In this document: piece after piece, positions 22,828-34,065 of the stretch
How the letters are laid out: every line of letters starts with the position of its first letter
How positions within the stretch are numbered: position 1 is the stretch's first letter
Source of the DNA: Catajapyx aquilonaris
Taxonomy: Eukaryota
Assembly (NCBI GenBank): GCA_000934665.2
Contig: JYFJ02003363.1
Location: 1 to 43,012, forward strand
Direction of reading: 5' to 3'
Length of the DNA stretch: 43,012 nt
The notes under the pieces: model-generated
Database searches by the model: none
What the model was told of the DNA's origin: nothing
What the model saw: only the letters and a program-made list of their open reading frames with translations
Program-made: the position numbers and the translations under genes

Positions 22828-24156
22828 AGTTCCCCCAAAATCAGGACCGCCCCTTATGTAAGGAGAGTGGCAGGTTTTTGGAGGCATTTTTCATCCTCCG
22901 CTATTGCACTCTTGCGTGATTAATGAGACTCCGGAGGAGAAAACGGCTGGTAGGCTGAGGAATTTCGATCCCTCTTCAACCCATCTGCGACTCACTTCAC
23001 ATTCTAAAAAAGCGGCCATTTATTTTCATTTAACTGAACAAACTGTTAAGTGAAGCGACTCGCATGTTATTATTTTGTAGCCTCCATATCCTTCAATGTC
23101 GCAATGTAATCAGTTGGTCTAAAAAAAACTGAAGTCTCGACTCGACCTCAAGCGTCACTTGATCACAACAAGGGCCACAAAACTGTCTCCGGGTTCCCTG
23201 TAATAAGCCCTGGAAGTGCAAAGAACGCCCAAGCCGAAATCACATCAGCCTGTGGTGGACCTCCCCACCCCAATAAAAGCACCAACTCTGATTTACAGCA
23301 TATTTGTCCCCTCCGGCAATTTGAGGTCCAACCTGGAACGCCTGTACATCTTCCTTCCCCAACAATCCTCAGGGAATATGGCGCTCAAGTTTCACTGCCC
23401 AGAAAAAAAGGGGGCCTCCAAAAACTTTTTCAGAGATGAAAAAGAGGGTAGATCCAGAGGAAAACAAGCGAGCCTCTCCAACACTCTGATCTGAATAATG
23501 CTCTCGGGCTGCTTGGCCATAACCCTAGTCTTAGTTGGAATGGAGAAGCCTCTTCACACGTACACAGGAAGCTCGTTGCGGCTGCTTTTAATCCACTCCC
23601 AGAGTTCGCTGCTGCCGACTCCTCTATATATACCGAGGCCCCTGAAAACACCCCCACCGCTTCACCCATCCCCATTTCCTAATAAACGTTCGTCTTTCCA
23701 GCCGCCAGACACTTTTGTTTGTGCAAGGGGAACGTGGCGGATGAAATGGAAATTGGATCCTGCGGGATGAATCTCGAGCGATGCAAAAGCCAGACGGGGA
23801 CTTTGCAAGGAGAAGGGGGACATACCTACTTTTCTGGCCCTAAAAAAAAAGCCTGCTCTTTTTTTTGGAGGGGGCCCGCTGCTTCCACGGCGATGCGTTT
23901 TGGAGATGCTGAATGCACACAAAGCGCGGATGTAGGCACCAGCATAAGATTTTAAAATCCTGAATGGGTCGCGGAAATTGAAGTGGTAAGCAGCTGTGGG
24001 CGCTTTTTGGCGTTTTCGAGGGGGACACCAACAATAGAGGCGAATCTATTTGCACAAATATGCAATTCTATGCATTGCTAAATTTAGCTGGAATGAAATA
24101 TGACTACAAAATGCGTGATTATTTCAACACATGAAATACTGCAATTAGCAATGATT

Positions 24157-24298
24157 TACAGAGCTATGACATCATAAACAATCCTAAATAGGTTACAGAT
24201 CATTATTTGATAAAGGATGGGAACAGCAAGCAATTATACCAATATACCGCAGGCATGACATCACTGTGGTTTGCGGTACATGTATTTTTTCACGCATG
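24157..24298 (+). mobile_element. Decayed Gypsy (Mag-like) RNase H-integrase linker relic
   Basis: YRAMTS*TILNRLQIII, +1 shift DKGW (24209-24220), then YRRHDITVVCGTCIFSRM (24245-24298), versus IR..T..D.VL..L...I..GWP...Y..R.EL.V.DG.L..G.RV. Confidence 0.45.
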
Positions 24299-26359
24299 AA
24301 AACACATAGCGGAATATATTGCATATACATAAGTTAATTTTCACAAATTAATTTCCGAGTGTAAATATTACGTAAAAGTGCACTCGATTGTTATCTGCAT
24401 GTTTACCACACCAGGAGAGATGGACCATTCAGAACTGTAGTTTGGTTCACCTGAGATTTTATTAAAAGCGTGTCGACAATACGACCTGCATTCATATGTG
24501 GTACCCACTGCGCCAGTAACACACAGAAACCTTAAAACGGCAAAAGTTATTTTCCCGAGGAGGCCAAAAAAGCAGCGATAAATTACCCAGCAGAAAATAA
24601 CTAGCGCCCCCGTTTCGCGGGGAAGCAAAATATTCTAGGTATGGCCGCAAGAAGTATAGTTGAGGCAAGTCGGCAGCTGCGGGTGAAGCCTCCAACCTGC
24701 CCCCAAAAGTCATGGCCCAGCCAACTTCTGCAAGTTTGGCCCAGGGTCTGAGCACGACTACTGCAACTGCGTATTTCTGCAGCTGCATACCTGCACAGAA
24801 GGTGACTCCAAAAAAAACTGTCAACAAATGAGGTGAGAAGAGCACCAAAAAGTTCAGAAGCAGAAAAAGTGCAGCAATTACGCAAGTCTAATATCCATTA
24901 GGCGACAGATGCTTTCAAGTTGAAATTAGGTTTGTCAATCTTGTTAGAGGAAATTTTATTTAGCGCCACACCCCCGCTTCCACCTTTTGCTCTCTGTCCG
25001 CCCTCCCCTCACCGCAAATATTGAATATTCAGATGAAACTGGTCGACTATTATTTTACGAGAAGCGATTACATCAAGCATCACATTCTAGCTAGGCTCAT
25101 GAATGTCTTCTTCTGTGAACCTACACGAATATAGTGTCCTATAAACATTCCAAGATGGCTATTTTGTGCAGACTCCATTCCGGGTTCCCCTCGGGGCCTT
25201 AAAAAATAATGATAAAAAAACCCCTTACGACTCATTCTCCATAACTGAAACTCGGGTAACCGAATAAAATGTCGTTGTTTTTTCGTTTCGAAGCCACAGT
25301 TTTTCGCTTCCGTGGGTCCAACCTCTGCTGAAATATCTACCAATCCACTGCGTTTATGTAACAGTAACATTACTCAACGAGTGAATAAAATATGGCCTAT
25401 TGTTTTACACACTTGTCTAAACCATTTCAAATTGTGTTTGACATTCTGGATAGTTTCGCAGCAAAAAGTGCTCGTTCCTGGAGGTACAGTTATAATATTG
25501 CATAAACCACCAGCTACTAAGTCGGATGTTTTTAGCAACGTCAAAACATGTCATTTAACTTTTAGTCTGCTTTCATATAACCGCAGCATAAAAAACTTTT
25601 CATCATTAAAAAACGTACAGATGGAAACAAAAGCCATGGGAGTGGAAAGGATTGCATTTGGCGTAACGCTGGACCGTCTAACAATATTCCCCTTTTCCTC
25701 ATACCCCTCTTTCTTTCGCCGTCAACATTTTTTTCCGCTTGCTTTCCTACATCCAGTTCTTTTGCAGAGGAACACAATGCAGCCGTCAAAACGAATGAAG
25801 TTATGGTCGGAGAATTTTTCTGCCAACGCTCCAAACCCTCCCGGTTACGCTACTTCTCGGGATATAACAGTCGTGAAACCAGATAGGTATTAAATCTTTA
25901 TAATACCTACTATATGTCTGCGTGCAACTTAGCCTTCAACGGATCATCCACTAATACAGAGATTATGAACGGAATCCGTTTTACAATATATTTTTTTGCT
26001 ATTTGGAACCCAATACCAAGCGGCAGTTAATAACTGCTTCCACTTAAAAAAGATATTGCACAACTTTTTCAAAAGATTCCGCAATGAAGGCGCACGAAAT
26101 GTTTTAATAAAGGATCCGGACTCCGAGAACTCGAATAAATTGCCTCCCATCCGGAATCTGCCAAAATGTGGCACGTTTCGTTCCACTCCTAAGACACTGC
26201 CACGACAGGTTGTAAATGACACAACACTTGGTCACACAAAAAAAAATCCGGATGGCATTTTCACCCTATTGGACGGAAGATGGCAAAAAGGTAGCATCAA
26301 AAATCCCCAACTGGGCCTTTTCTCCCTCTGAATCCATAATTCCAACTAATGTACGAGGC

Positions 26360-26391
26360 GGGGGTGGATGGGAGGGTGGATGGGGGTAGGG
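26360..26391 (+). other. Canonical G-quadruplex motif (five G-tracts)
   Basis: GGGGG-TGGAT-GGG-A-GGG-TGGAT-GGGGG-TA-GGG fits G3+N1-7 repeated at least four times. Confidence 0.7.
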
Positions 26392-26408
26392 TTGCTACTG
26401 AAGGGGCC

Positions 26409-26414
26409 TATAAA
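26409..26414 (+). promoter_or_regulatory. Candidate TATA box
   Basis: CCTATAAAT in a GC-rich context 17 bp downstream of the G4 motif; no perfect Inr at the expected distance. Confidence 0.3.
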
Positions 26415-28819
26415 TCGTTATCCTGGGCCGCAGTAAGCAGGAGTTATAGACCCGGATATTTCCCCGGGATAGGAAGCGGCTCAAGCAGCTTTTCTGCGCC
26501 AACAGGAAAGGGCCTCAGGGGCCGACGACGACGACGCCCCAAAATCGCGGTAGAAGAAGTAAAGGAAAAAATGGAAGAAAGGAGCAGAAGAAGTAGAAGA
26601 AGCCACTCTGGCTTCTGACACGTTTCCAGCGCCGAGGATGACTTGGCCCAAATGCATCTGACACTTTGACTCCTTGCCAGAAGGCGCCAATGGAAGGATT
26701 ACAAGCCGCCCCCTCGGCCAAGAGACACTCCAAACAGGCGCCGCTGAAGGAACTTTGTGTACAAAGTTAGCCAGAAAGGTTCCAAAACGGTCCGTCACAC
26801 ACACATAATATGAATCGATGTGTACTGTACATCTGTTGTGCTCAGCAGGTACCGTTCCGCCAAAACTTGTTGGCGACCCCCGAACCCTCAATGTGTCAGA
26901 TATTTTTTCCTTCAGATTTCTCTTGGGCCTGATGTACTGCATACTTCCAGGAAAATTGAAAACAAGTTACAGTTTCATGGTATGCCTGCATGTGACAGAA
27001 CCATTTCGAGTCTGGCCAACGCGGTGCAAAACCTCCGGAACCAAGCAAGAAACAGAGTGCTCGGGAAATGCTAAATCACGAACAGTTAACATCTCATTGC
27101 CGGAGTCTCATAGAGCTATCAAATTTATCTCCCATTCTTATTCGCGACCAAGTTTGGCGATTAATGCAACCCGCTATATACAAGTGGTCGTCGACTCCGG
27201 CGGCCTCCCTTTTTAGTGGTTGACTCGCATGATAAAATGACAAGAATGGGTCCAAATTTCCGGGACCACTTCGTAACGACTCAAGTTCCAAAATACCTTT
27301 AACGCACTTCGTACTCGCCATAACCGCAGTAATTACCCGGAAGTGCTGATCAACTTAACTAGGCGATACAAAACGGCCGCCAGGACGCGGCGTGTTGGTT
27401 TTCCGAAAAAAGAGTTACGACCCATATAGCAAAGATGACTTAAAGAGCTTGTGTTATCTGAATAATTATGACACTGGAATGTTTAAAAATGCGATTTCGG
27501 CATAATCAATATTCATTCTTAAAATATGACAAGTAGTTCAATTGAAATTTTCGTAGTGGTGAACTTAATAAAGAAAAGCGCCGATTAAGCACAATTTTTC
27601 TGTGTATATGTATTCGCAAATGTTTTGGCTAGGCTAATGTAACTTTCCCTGGTATTCATTAGTTTTGAACTAATTTACATAGCCCTTCCCACACACACAC
27701 CTGATACGCTGTATGTCTCAGGTAAACGCCCAAAGTACTTTACGTTGCGAGGGCAGATTTAGCAGCGATTAGTGAGCGCAGACTCACACTATACACCCAA
27801 GCCTGCAGCCGTCACCTTCACATGGAACGCCTAATAATTAGCTCCTGGTCATTCCCTCCCTCCCTAGTTTTAACGACCTGTGAGCAACGCCGAAGTTGAA
27901 TCATAAAGCGAGATCAAACTCGAATTCCCCAGGACGCCATTGATCCGAGTCCGCTTCTCTTCCGCATCCACGCCGTATTTGAATTTCAAAATGGATGGGA
28001 ATTTGACGTTGATCAAAAAGAGATGCTGGGGGGAGGTTGGTTGTGTTGGGAGCTGAAAAGGGGGGCGCTGTTACAAACTATTAACAAGTCTTTTATGTCG
28101 TTGGCGCCCCCAACGGAAATGTTCTGCTTCGGATAACTGGCGGAACTTGTTTTATTTGAGGGGGCAGGTACGGCTAATACGTACACAAGCCAGTTACGCG
28201 ATAAAAAAACGCGTGTGGCATACGGAACAAAAGGCGCCACAATTTCATGTTAGCAATAAAAAGGATTTTAAAATCGCATCAAACCTGCATATCCGAAATC
28301 TAATCAGTCCATGGCTGGGGTACTGTAAGCCATATCGGTACCTGTTCAACTAAACGCCTGCGGGATATGTACCCTCGCATTTATTATTATTCGCCAGTTC
28401 GATGGCCACCCTCTGCATTCCAGCACGAATTTCACGCCAAGATATGAACCATACTTTAATTAGGTGAAACCTCTGCTGTGCTGCACTCCTAAAACTTGGC
28501 CCTCATATTTAAGGCGCAGGACCTCTCTTGATATAATTACTTTAAAAAGATATTAACGGAATAATTATGTCAAAAAAATGCTCATCCATCTGGCTTAACT
28601 CTCCAGGCATTAGTTAAGTGTCAAAAGTTTTTACAAAGACGTTAAAAATATGTCTACGGCAGTGTTTCTCGAGGCGTTTCTGCGGCAACAACTTTCGTGT
28701 CATGCATAATAACTTAAATTCTCTATTGGAACGAAAATTAGCAACTACATATGCCTTTGAATTAATTGAATGAAAGTAGCCATACAAATGTTCTTCGTGT
28801 GAAGACTTGATATATGCAA

Positions 28820-28919
28820 AAAGTCAGTCATATTTTAACAAAAAATAAGTTGGTCATCCAGTAATGAAGTGGGCAGGGCCTTGTTATATTTAAACTCAAA
28901 ATTAGGACCACATTACGAA
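28820..28919 (+). mobile_element. Decayed Gypsy integrase GPY/F relic
   Basis: NKLV (28844), MKWAGPCYI (28864-28890) and KLGPHYE (28899-28919), versus NKL.M.W.GPY.I..K.G...Y. Confidence 0.35.
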
Positions 28920-30354
28920 CAAGGAATTCTTCGGAGTAAACTATTCCATAATATTATAGTCTCCAACGTCCTACGGATCAGCTCTTCAAGTGCAATTACA
29001 CTCTATCGTGCACTTACATGACAAGCATTAAATCCTTGAATGATGCCTGCACGTACACCATCATTTCTGCTAAAAATCTAGCCGTTATGGAAGCCAGTCT
29101 AATTCGAGCGCATTTCCCGGTAGTAAAATAAGAAAGGATTAGGACCTGGAATCGCTCCCAAAGTGGCCTCATCTCAGCGTTTGACCCCCTTTTTTAATAG
29201 TTTGAAAATGTTTTCGAGGCGATGAAGACCAAAATTCCCGTGGAGATTCAACCCGGGGTTTCAAAGGCAGCTGGAATTACACTCCCCATCCTAATTATGT
29301 TTCAGATTACTTTCAGACAGCACTAACTGTAAGAGCCTGCAGTCATTTACTCCGAGGTCATTGAATTCCGTAATGCAGACCTCTCCGCAGGATCTCAGCT
29401 TACTTTTCCCTCATTTGGCAATATGGTCTAAGAACAGAATAATTAAGTGTAGATAGATTACTTTAAGTGCGTACCATGTGGAGACTGTCCAAATTTTCTG
29501 ACTGGGTGTCTGTATCTATAGGCCGAGGGTTGGAAAGGTAACAAGAGCCACTCTGGGCCATTGTTCCAAATCTTTGCAAACTTGGAATTGCAAACGCTGT
29601 CAAAGCGTTGGTGGGAATCGCGGGCGGACGGTGGGGGTTTTGAGCAACAGTCAATTCCTGGTCATGGGGAGGGCTTGCGTGGGGCAAAAAACAGTGGAGA
29701 TTAACGGCACAATAACAAAGGGCAGCGATCCGCTCTGCCAATGGTTGCGGCGGGCTGTCACTGCGGTCGAAAATTTGCCCGCTGCGAACTAGTGCCCACG
29801 TTCCTGCAAGCCCATCGCTTTCGAATGGAATATGCATAATGCGCCTACGGGGGCCCAGCGCAAAACTGTCATAATAAATGAGAGAGGGATACCTTCAAAA
29901 ATGGAGACATGCGACGAAATATTGGGGCGTTTTCCCTCCCACCGGACGAAAAAGTGCAAAGAATCAAATTGATCCCATGAGTGGAATATCAGGAAAAAAA
30001 ATGCAACTGAGCGGACTTTTGCTGCTGCGGGTGATGACAAACAGACACAAAAATGATAACGAATAACGGGAATTCCTGCAGTCTGCAGGCAAGATAGTTT
30101 TGATGTGCGGGTCCTAAATGCCGATAGTGACGAGGCGAAGTCCTGGAAGGTATTTGACAAACCGGATTGTCCGCAATGCAGCATTAAAATATTTGTTTGT
30201 CGTCATTGACAAATTGGATTCCGATAAGCGCAATGGGCACTAACCAGCGTTGTCCTGGGTCCCATTTAGACTCGAACATTGCTTTGGTTTAAATGCAGGT
30301 GCTATACTGCTACATACTATCGGGGAGGCAACTATCGCATATTTTGAAAGATAA

Positions 30355-30465
30355 CTAGATGCAAAGGGTGCTTCACATTCAATTGACGTAAATGTTACAT
30401 CTGCCTAATCAGGAGGCACAATCGGCATCAGTGTAAGCTTTATAGAACAATTTACTAGCATTATG
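30355..30465 (+). mobile_element. Decayed Gypsy reverse transcriptase relic
   Basis: LDAKGASHSIDV (30355-30390), then LY and QFTSIM (30438-30465), versus LD.K.AFHQI.V....GLYQF.RMPFG. Confidence 0.35.
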
Positions 30466-30604
30466 AAGGAGGTAATTACTCATAACAATAATGAGATAAA
30501 AATCTGCATGCTTTCCACCTCTGCGCCATTTAAATAATTAAACTGCCCGATTTTTCAGCTCATACTAGATTAATCTCCAAGTCAGGCTCGTTCTGGCTGT
30601 ATTT

Positions 30605-30870
30605 TTAGCGAACTAGTGGCTCTGGGACCTGACAATTTTCATGATTCTGTAAATGGTAGTTGGCATCAAACATTGTTTCAGGCCAGGTAGAAATCACAAT
30701 TTTTGCTTGGAACGTACGAATCTCCTTCCAAACTCTTGTTATTCCCCACCAGACCACACACTCAGACCACGAGAATGAAAATGGCAGTCGTTTCAAAACA
30801 TCCTTGAAAGGGTGTGCGTAAATTAATTGGACATTATTTGGAAGGGTAGGAAGGAAAATTCTCCAGCAAA
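30605..30870 (-). mobile_element. Decayed Gypsy (Mag-like) integrase zinc-binding relic
   Basis: One frame reads RIFLPTLPNNVQLIYAHP...SECVVWWGITRVWKEI...NCQVPEPL, versus RIVIP..LR..VL..IH.GH.G.....RE.VWWPGI.KEI...C..CQ....EPL. Confidence 0.5.
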
Positions 30871-32049
30871 CATCCGCGATCTCCAAACGTGGGAAGGCCT
30901 AATCATCGAATCAAAGGCGAGGACCGGATTTTCCATTGCGAAAAGTTTACCTTACCAACACGGGGAGGCCCCTTTTTCCCTACTCTACGCCGGGGCTGTT
31001 TGCAGAAGCAAACACACCGCGAGTAGGGGCAACACAAGCCCCACAAATCCAACACCAAGTGCAAACGTCAGGCTATTGCAAAAGCATAGGTGATTTCATT
31101 GACGCTGCGACAAATGAGCGTATGTCAACGCCCATCCGACATTGGCCAGACTATCGTTAGCAAACATCCATTTCGCATGCAAATAAACGCAGAAGTACGC
31201 CGTACTTTTTTTTACAGCACGATGCATCTCTTTTTATTTCAAAGTCTGTCTGCTGTTTGGCCAGGAAAAAAAGTGGACGGTATTTACCTTCATGGATCTA
31301 CTTAAATGAACTGGACTGGTCAAAAGCGGTTGTCGAGGGCTTGGAAACGGCATGGGCGTTGTTTGTCACACTTCCCTGCTTGTGAACACAGCCAGTTAAT
31401 ACTAACACGTTTAATTGTATTGTATCGAGCAGAATGCGGCATCACGAACAGTCTAGTCATGAATTTCAGCCTGGATGTGCATGAAACTAATCTCGCGCTT
31501 GTAGTACACAATATTATTATGAGCGGAATGCACTTTGCGTCGCCCATTATTGGGGTTCATGGAGTTCTGATTTTCATCCAGTTCCACCCTTTCAACCCCC
31601 AGCCCAGTTCCGGCAATTGGTCAAATTCCCGGCGACTGGTTCCGACTAAATGTCATTTACTTGAACAACCTGCAATCAACTCACGTTCGGTTACAATCGC
31701 TTATTTTCAGGTCAACCCGGACCACCGCTAATATGCATAAATATTCGAATCCGCTCGCATCGTAAACAGACCAATCCAGCTGTGTGATAACCGCACAGAT
31801 TTTTCAATTCAGATCGAAACCAGCCATACACCAAGAAAAAGCCGCCAAATTCCAGCTTTTCATCTCGAATGGACCACCTCTCCTGGCAGCATCCGCATAA
31901 TACAATGGCCAGTCGCAGCATCACAGAGCCAACCACTTACACCCTTAATCAATAATACCATATATGAAATTACATTATAATTATTCAAAGCCAAATTGCA
32001 CTTTCAATCACCGAACTGTAATCCTGTTAAATCATCAAAACATAACTGT

Positions 32050-32190
32050 ACCACATATGTTTAGTTAACTAGTAATCACACGTTATGAACAAACCAGCAA
32101 TCAATCCAATCAATAAGTTCTAAAACCGCAGTTTTTGTGTTCAGGTCCGCCATCGTATATCTCAAATGCAATCTCATACTTATAAAAATT
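32050..32190 (-). mobile_element. Decayed LTR-retrotransposon integrase core relic
   Basis: From 32190: NFYKYEIAFEIYDGGPEHKNCGFRTY*LD*, versus IF.RYGIP.EI.SDGGPEF.S.EF..FC..WG (second catalytic Asp region). Confidence 0.5.
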
Positions 32191-33904
32191 GAAAAATTAA
32201 ACAATTTCTTCCACATGCTCTGTGCAAATTAAAAATCTTGCCATTGAAATAAGTGTTCAATTTTTCACAATATATTATGAAGTGGCAGAGTGCACTGCAT
32301 CCCACTGGCACAGTATCACTCAGAGAGTGTCTTCCTATTCGCCCCCAAAAAAACGACGAGGTCCAGTTGACATGAAGCATGACATAAACCAGGTTCCTTC
32401 TCACAGTTTTTCTTTTGAAAAGAGACGTCTCAGCCCTCCCCCCGGATAATAAGGTGTGGAAATAATAACCGTCACACTCTCTGACAACCCTCAGTATTTT
32501 TTCTTCTTCTCCTTGCAAGAACTTTCCCAGTGGACAGATTCTCCCCACCTCCGCCATCACTCCTCATTCCGACTCCAATTGCTTTGCAAAATTTCCCAAT
32601 CCCGACACCGTTTATAGAGCCAGCCGCCGCTCCTTGTAATGAAGATTAGGAGCAACGGGAGGGCACTTGACACTCGAGATGGTCCTTTTCTTTCCTCCAT
32701 TCAAAGAGAGCATTCTCGGTAAGGGGGTAATGGCTGTCGCTTGACGAACAACCTTCTCATGAGAACAGGGAGGCGACCAGGAAATTGCATTTAACTATTT
32801 TCCAGGGCTTACAATAATTGGCGTTGAGTCCTATTAGCATGTGAGTCTACGAGGGTTTTGCAAATCGGTCCGTGTTCTGACCTCCTTAGCGGCTGGTTCG
32901 CCATTTTATGGCCTCGTATATACCCGAGTGCAAGTTTAACGACGCAGATTCTCTGGATACCTTTACTTTCGGGTTCCTGCAATACAGCTACGACGCTGTT
33001 TAATTTTGGGAGGGGAAAAAAAGAACCAATTGTGTAAACAGGTTTGCATGGTGGAAAACCTTCGTTTTATTCGTTACAAACGTGTCTTCCGTGCAGATCC
33101 GCCTTTAACAGAAAAAAAGGCCGAACATTGTCTTCGAGTGATTCTATCGCTTGATGAGGAAAAAGAGGCTATAACTCACTCCGAGAGCTCTACAACAGAT
33201 AAAACAGCTGTTTCTGAAATTGCTGTGTACACAACTAGGGTCCATTTTGTTCAAAAATGTAACGCTTTTTTTCCTGAAATTCTTCGCATTGTCAGCGTTT
33301 GAATCCTCTCAAAACTAGAAACTGCACCTCTAAATTCGGCTGCAATACGTTAAGCTACCTGATCCCATGCTCAACTGTACTCACGGCATCGAAATCACGA
33401 ATTCAATGTGCACGTACCGCTGGCGCCGATATAGATTAATCCTCACAAAAACCACGCCCCCCTCTGTTGCATAATGCAAGTCCTTCATGAAAACCCTCAT
33501 TTGGGACGGCAGAAGAAGCCAGATAATTATACAGATACCGTAAAGCACACACTACCTGACACGCATACTTGCCACTGCAAACAAATCGGACCAGATTTAC
33601 AAATGGGATGAATAATGTCGCTCAGGACAAAGCGCGTTCAATAAAAGCGTAATTTTGATGACAATTACTTAAATGGCCCCGGGCAACTACATTAGCATGC
33701 AGTGACACTTTAGTGTCATTTTGATAGTGAATATCGAAATACAGGCGACCATCAGTAAACAAAGAAAGTTGAGCAAATTGCAGCATTGACAATAGTTTTT
33801 CCCCTCAAATATATAGTAAACAAATGAATGTGTCTGACGCAGGCTCAAACAATTTCGTACAGTACATCATGACTTCGTAATATTGGAAATTGGAGTAACT
33901 GTAT

Positions 33905-34065
33905 TAAACCAGACGTTGCTTTTCGACCAGAGATATTGCAAGCAATGAATTTTATACTTGCAACGTTTCAGAAGAATTCTAACCCACTTTCATATCCAAT
34001 CTGTGCACGTCAAGGCTGGTTCATTGGAACACTTACTGCTTGATATTTCTCCACGACAACAACCA
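33905..34065 (+). mobile_element. Decayed Gypsy RNase H C-terminal relic
   Basis: LQRFRRILTHFHIQSVHVKAGSLEHLLLDISPRQQP (33958-34065), versus IQRFRLRL..F...I.HV.GK....AD.LSR.P. Confidence 0.5.

Noticed and set aside
23741..23770. Micro-ORF MKWKLDPAG resembling tarsal-less/pri peptides
   Set aside because: Lacks the invariant LDPTGXY ending and is not repeated as in polycistronic pri transcripts.
25312..25893. Longest ORF (193 aa, +)
   Set aside because: GTG start, no recognisable domain, composition typical of random frames. An antisense VPPGTS...WFRQ resemblance to pogo-type transposases was too weak to call.
28780..28800. PYKCSSC C2H2 zinc-finger-like start
   Set aside because: No histidines follow, it is flanked by stops, and there are no splice signals.
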